From Ranitomeya imitator (lineage: Eukaryota): DNA of 64,000 bases. The DNA is taken from positions 132,680,001 to 132,744,000 of the forward strand of contig NC_091290.1 in assembly GCF_032444005.1 (NCBI RefSeq), written 5' to 3'. The translations under genes and the position numbers were made by a program. The notes under the pieces were generated by a model. The model was not told the origin of the DNA, searched no databases, and was given only the letters and a program-made list of their open reading frames with translations. This document shows, piece after piece, positions 55,498 through 64,000 of this stretch; the first letter of the stretch is position 1; every line of letters starts with the position of its first letter.

Positions 55498-55896
55498 GTA
55501 TGTTTGTCCGCTCCGCGGCCGCCATGATTTCCTATCCGTTGCCATCCTCGGCCTCTGTGTCGCGCCGGAAGCCCCGACCGGGTGGGATTTGATCCTCTGC
55601 TCCCTCTCGTTGGTTTGGGGGGAGTTTAGTGCTGGTTTGGGGGGATTGCGGCCTGGTGACCGGAGAGCGGGGTGTACGGGGGATGTATGTATGTCTACAG
55701 GGCTCTGCGCTCTCCTGTGTCTGTGTGCAGGGGGGAATATATTCGTGGCTGCACCCTGGTACTCGCAGTGCTGCTGCTGCTACCCGTTCCTGCCTGACTG
55801 TTGCTTATTAACCAGTTAAGTCCTGGGGCCGAGCGGCGCCGGCCATGTGAGCGGCTGCTCCTCTCCGTCCACGATTACCTGGGAGTTGGCTATTAA

Positions 55897-56249
55897 AGGG
55901 TTATTCTCCCAGCAATAGACTGGTGGATACCGTGCTGATCATAGGGGGTCGACCTCTCCAGGATCAGGGTTCCTGGAAATCTCAGAACTACTGGGGGTCC
56001 CGGCAGTGAGACCCCAGCAATCAGCATGGTTCTCTATCCTATGACAATGGCCATCTCCAGTGCATAGGCTAATGGATAACATGAGGTGTGACTGCTGGGA
56101 CCCCCAGTGACCCTGCTTCGTTCAAGGTGGGCTTCCAGAAGCTTCTTCCTTGGATCCGTGGGGGTCCCAGTGGTCGGACCCCCGTAATCAGTTAGTTAAA
56201 CTCTGGCCCTGTGGCTAGGAGATAGCTTTATTTTTGAGGGACTAACCCT
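55897..56249. mobile_element. Kolobok/T2-like MITE in RPL13 intron 1
   Basis: TTAA|AGGGTTA ... TAACCCT|TTAA. Confidence 0.75.
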
Positions 56250-56767
56250 TTAATAACTAAGTGGCTCAAGTGTCAGTGTTGTGAGACTTTCTGGGCATGT
56301 CCTGGATTGTGTGTTTTTTTTTTTTTTTTTTTTTGTTTTTTTTTAGATTGGTCTTATGTGGTGTCTGGCCATGAGCCCAGCACAATAAGAATGAAAACTT
56401 AGTGAGCAGGTGACACTTAAGTTTTGATCGTTGGGTGTTTGGGTGGTAAGATTCCTCCCCAGCACCCGGGTAGGTGGGTATCAGACTTTCTATTCAGCCA
56501 GCTATTCCGATGTGTGGTTTTCCCCAAACCGTTCACATCTCTGCCCCCTGAACACCAATTGTTTAACATTTGACATGTCATGAAAACTTGCATATTAAAA
56601 GGCTGCGTTCCAGGCAGTAATCTGTTGGGTCTGTGCACATGTCCATACATAAGATTGCCGCAGGATCCCTCACCTGGCTGTTTCTATAATTGCACGTGAC
56701 GTCCGTACAGATAAAGCATAGACTCGACTAAAAAACTCTTAAACCGTTTTTGTTTTGTAGGGATTAA

Positions 56768-62169
<5,402 letters not shown>

Positions 62170-62188
62170 ATCCTTCTATGGGACTGTT

Positions 62189-62194
62189 AATAAA
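62189..62194 (+). terminator. RPL13 polyadenylation signal AATAAA
   Basis: 20 nt after the stop; a second AATAAA overlaps the stop codon (62165-62170). Confidence 0.8.
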
Positions 62195-63539
62195 ACAATA
62201 TTCTGTAATTCTGTCCTCGAGTCGTTCATATCGGTCTCTGCCGGGCGTCAAATTGTCATTTTTGGGTTTTGTCATTTTTTGGTTATATTCCAAGTGCATG
62301 TATTTATAGGTGGGGGGGGGGGGGATAGAATGGCTGACTTTTCCTAAGTTTTAATCCAAGGGGTCTGGATGCTGAAGCCCCCCACTAAATGGTAAATAAA
62401 GGGGCATGCATTTTGAGCTCTTGCACCCTTTTGTTTCTGACTTTGTGCATCTATTTCCCCATTTGGAGAAGAACAGAAATAAGAGGGCACATTGCTCAGT
62501 GGATAGTCAAGAAATGTCTCAGATGGGAATATTCCCTTTTTAATGTCCTGTGACAAAAGCCTTCAATATCACGAAAAAATCTCCCATGTCATGAAAAGGT
62601 TAATTAGATGTAATTCTTTATTGTAAAAAAAAAAAAAAACTCCATGAACCAGCGATTGCCTATACTGATTGTACACAAAGTCGGGAGCTGACAGCCACTA
62701 TGGGGTGTGGAGGAGAATTTTGGCATCCTTGTTCCTACTGATAAAAATTTCCCAATAGTATGACCATTCGGAAGTGTGAATATGTTGTCGCCCTTAAATA
62801 TTTGCATGTAACATACAGATCTAGCTGTGAGTGAAATCCACGTGCGCTGTGCATTTACTGGTATCTGTCCCATTGGCTCTGCACCATTAGTGTCCTGTTT
62901 CCCAGTTTAGATGACATGCAACATGGCATTTTATATTTGCTATATCTGATTCATGTAGTCCCAGGATATGCCTGTAGTATGGCTGCTAGTCTGCGTTCTT
63001 CACTTATGTGGGAATTGTACAAAGGGTATGGCTAGATTGCATTGGCAGTGCAGCTAAAGCTTTGACAGGGCAAGTTAATGGCTGTATAATTGTGTAAGAG
63101 TTGCCTATTTCAGCGGCACAATAGAGGCCGGTTGCAAAATTTGGTCCTAGCTGGTGATTAGCGTGCATGCTCGAGTAAGGCATTATACAAGCATGCTCGT
63201 GTTCTAATTGAGTGTCTTTAATGTGATTAAAGGCGATGTTAAGAGTCCCCGAGGCTGCGTGTCTTGTGGCTGTTAGACAGCTGTAACATATACAGGGATT
63301 GCCTGTTTGTTATGCAACCCTCTGCATGGTGTTGGACCTGTCAAACAGCCCCAAGATATGCAGCCTCGGTGACTTGAACATGCAGCATCTTCTACGTGCT
63401 TATGATTAGCACACAACCAAACTCACTCTTCACTAGTTGCAGCACAAATGGGTGCTGTTATACATGCTTGGGTTACCTTATTGTAGTGGCCTGCAATTGC
63501 TTCTCTAGTGCCACGGGAACCCTTGTTCTCTATATTAGT

Positions 63540-63660
63540 GGGCCTGTGTACTGTGGGGACATCATGTGTGGGGGGGGAAATGTACTGTGAGGACATCATA
63601 CTGTGTGGGGGAATGTACTGTGGGGACATCATACTGTGTGTGGGGGAATATACTGCTTGG
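63540..63660 (+). repeat. Short ~32-bp tandem repeat, 3-4 units
   Basis: tgtactgtg(g/a)ggacatcat..tgtgtgggggaa recurs. Confidence 0.75.
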
Positions 63661-64000
63661 TCATCGTACTGTATGATAGGCACTGTGGAAGTGATACTCG
63701 TCTTTGTGGGAACATGCTTCACCATGAGAAATTTTTCTCTGTGGTGCATTTATAGAACTGGGTATGGTTAGGATACTGGATTTATTTGCTTATTTCTTCT
63801 CATTCAACGTTGAGAGATATGTTCCTGCACCTCCAGAAACATTCCTAGGATTTGACATTTTCTTACCTTCGACTCTCAACTTGACTACTCCAACTCTACT
63901 GATCATTCTCATCTTTACTAAACTCTCCCCTTTCCAATCTGTTATTAACAGAAAAACCAAGATTAAATTTGTGCCCAACCCCTACACCGAAGCCTCCACT

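Overview
Vertebrate (anuran amphibian-like, inferred from the repeat families and gene divergence) genomic window with the conserved ANKRD11(-)/SPG7(+)/RPL13(+) neighbourhood. I could assemble by hand a complete 17-exon SPG7/paraplegin CDS (36203-53229, 769 aa, all GT-AG and in phase) and a complete RPL13 (non-coding TOP exon plus 5 coding exons, 56774-62169, 211 aa). RPL13 carries two SNORD68-like box C/D snoRNAs, in introns 2 and 3. A minus-strand CpG-island promoter and first exon at ~32.0-32.8 kb and a candidate 77-bp second exon at 9959-10035 are assigned to the 5' leader of ANKRD11 by synteny only; no ANKRD11 coding sequence is in the window. The rest is transposon-dense: TWA-target (PIF/Harbinger-like) MITEs, often nested or in tandem trains, TTAA-target piggyBac-like and Kolobok/T2-like elements, hAT MITEs, L2 and CR1 LINE fragments, a V-SINE, a Tc1 remnant, possible Helitron and Penelope pieces, several minisatellites and one 147-N gap. 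Nearly all long ORFs in the supplied track are repeat artefacts. Best leads: the duplicated SNORD68 with diverging second guides, a spliced 56-codon uORF in the putative ANKRD11 leader, mirror-image G-rich minisatellites opening both first introns of the divergent gene pair, and MITEs whose TWA flanks are discordant at the central base. No database search was run; family names rest on motif recognition and recall.
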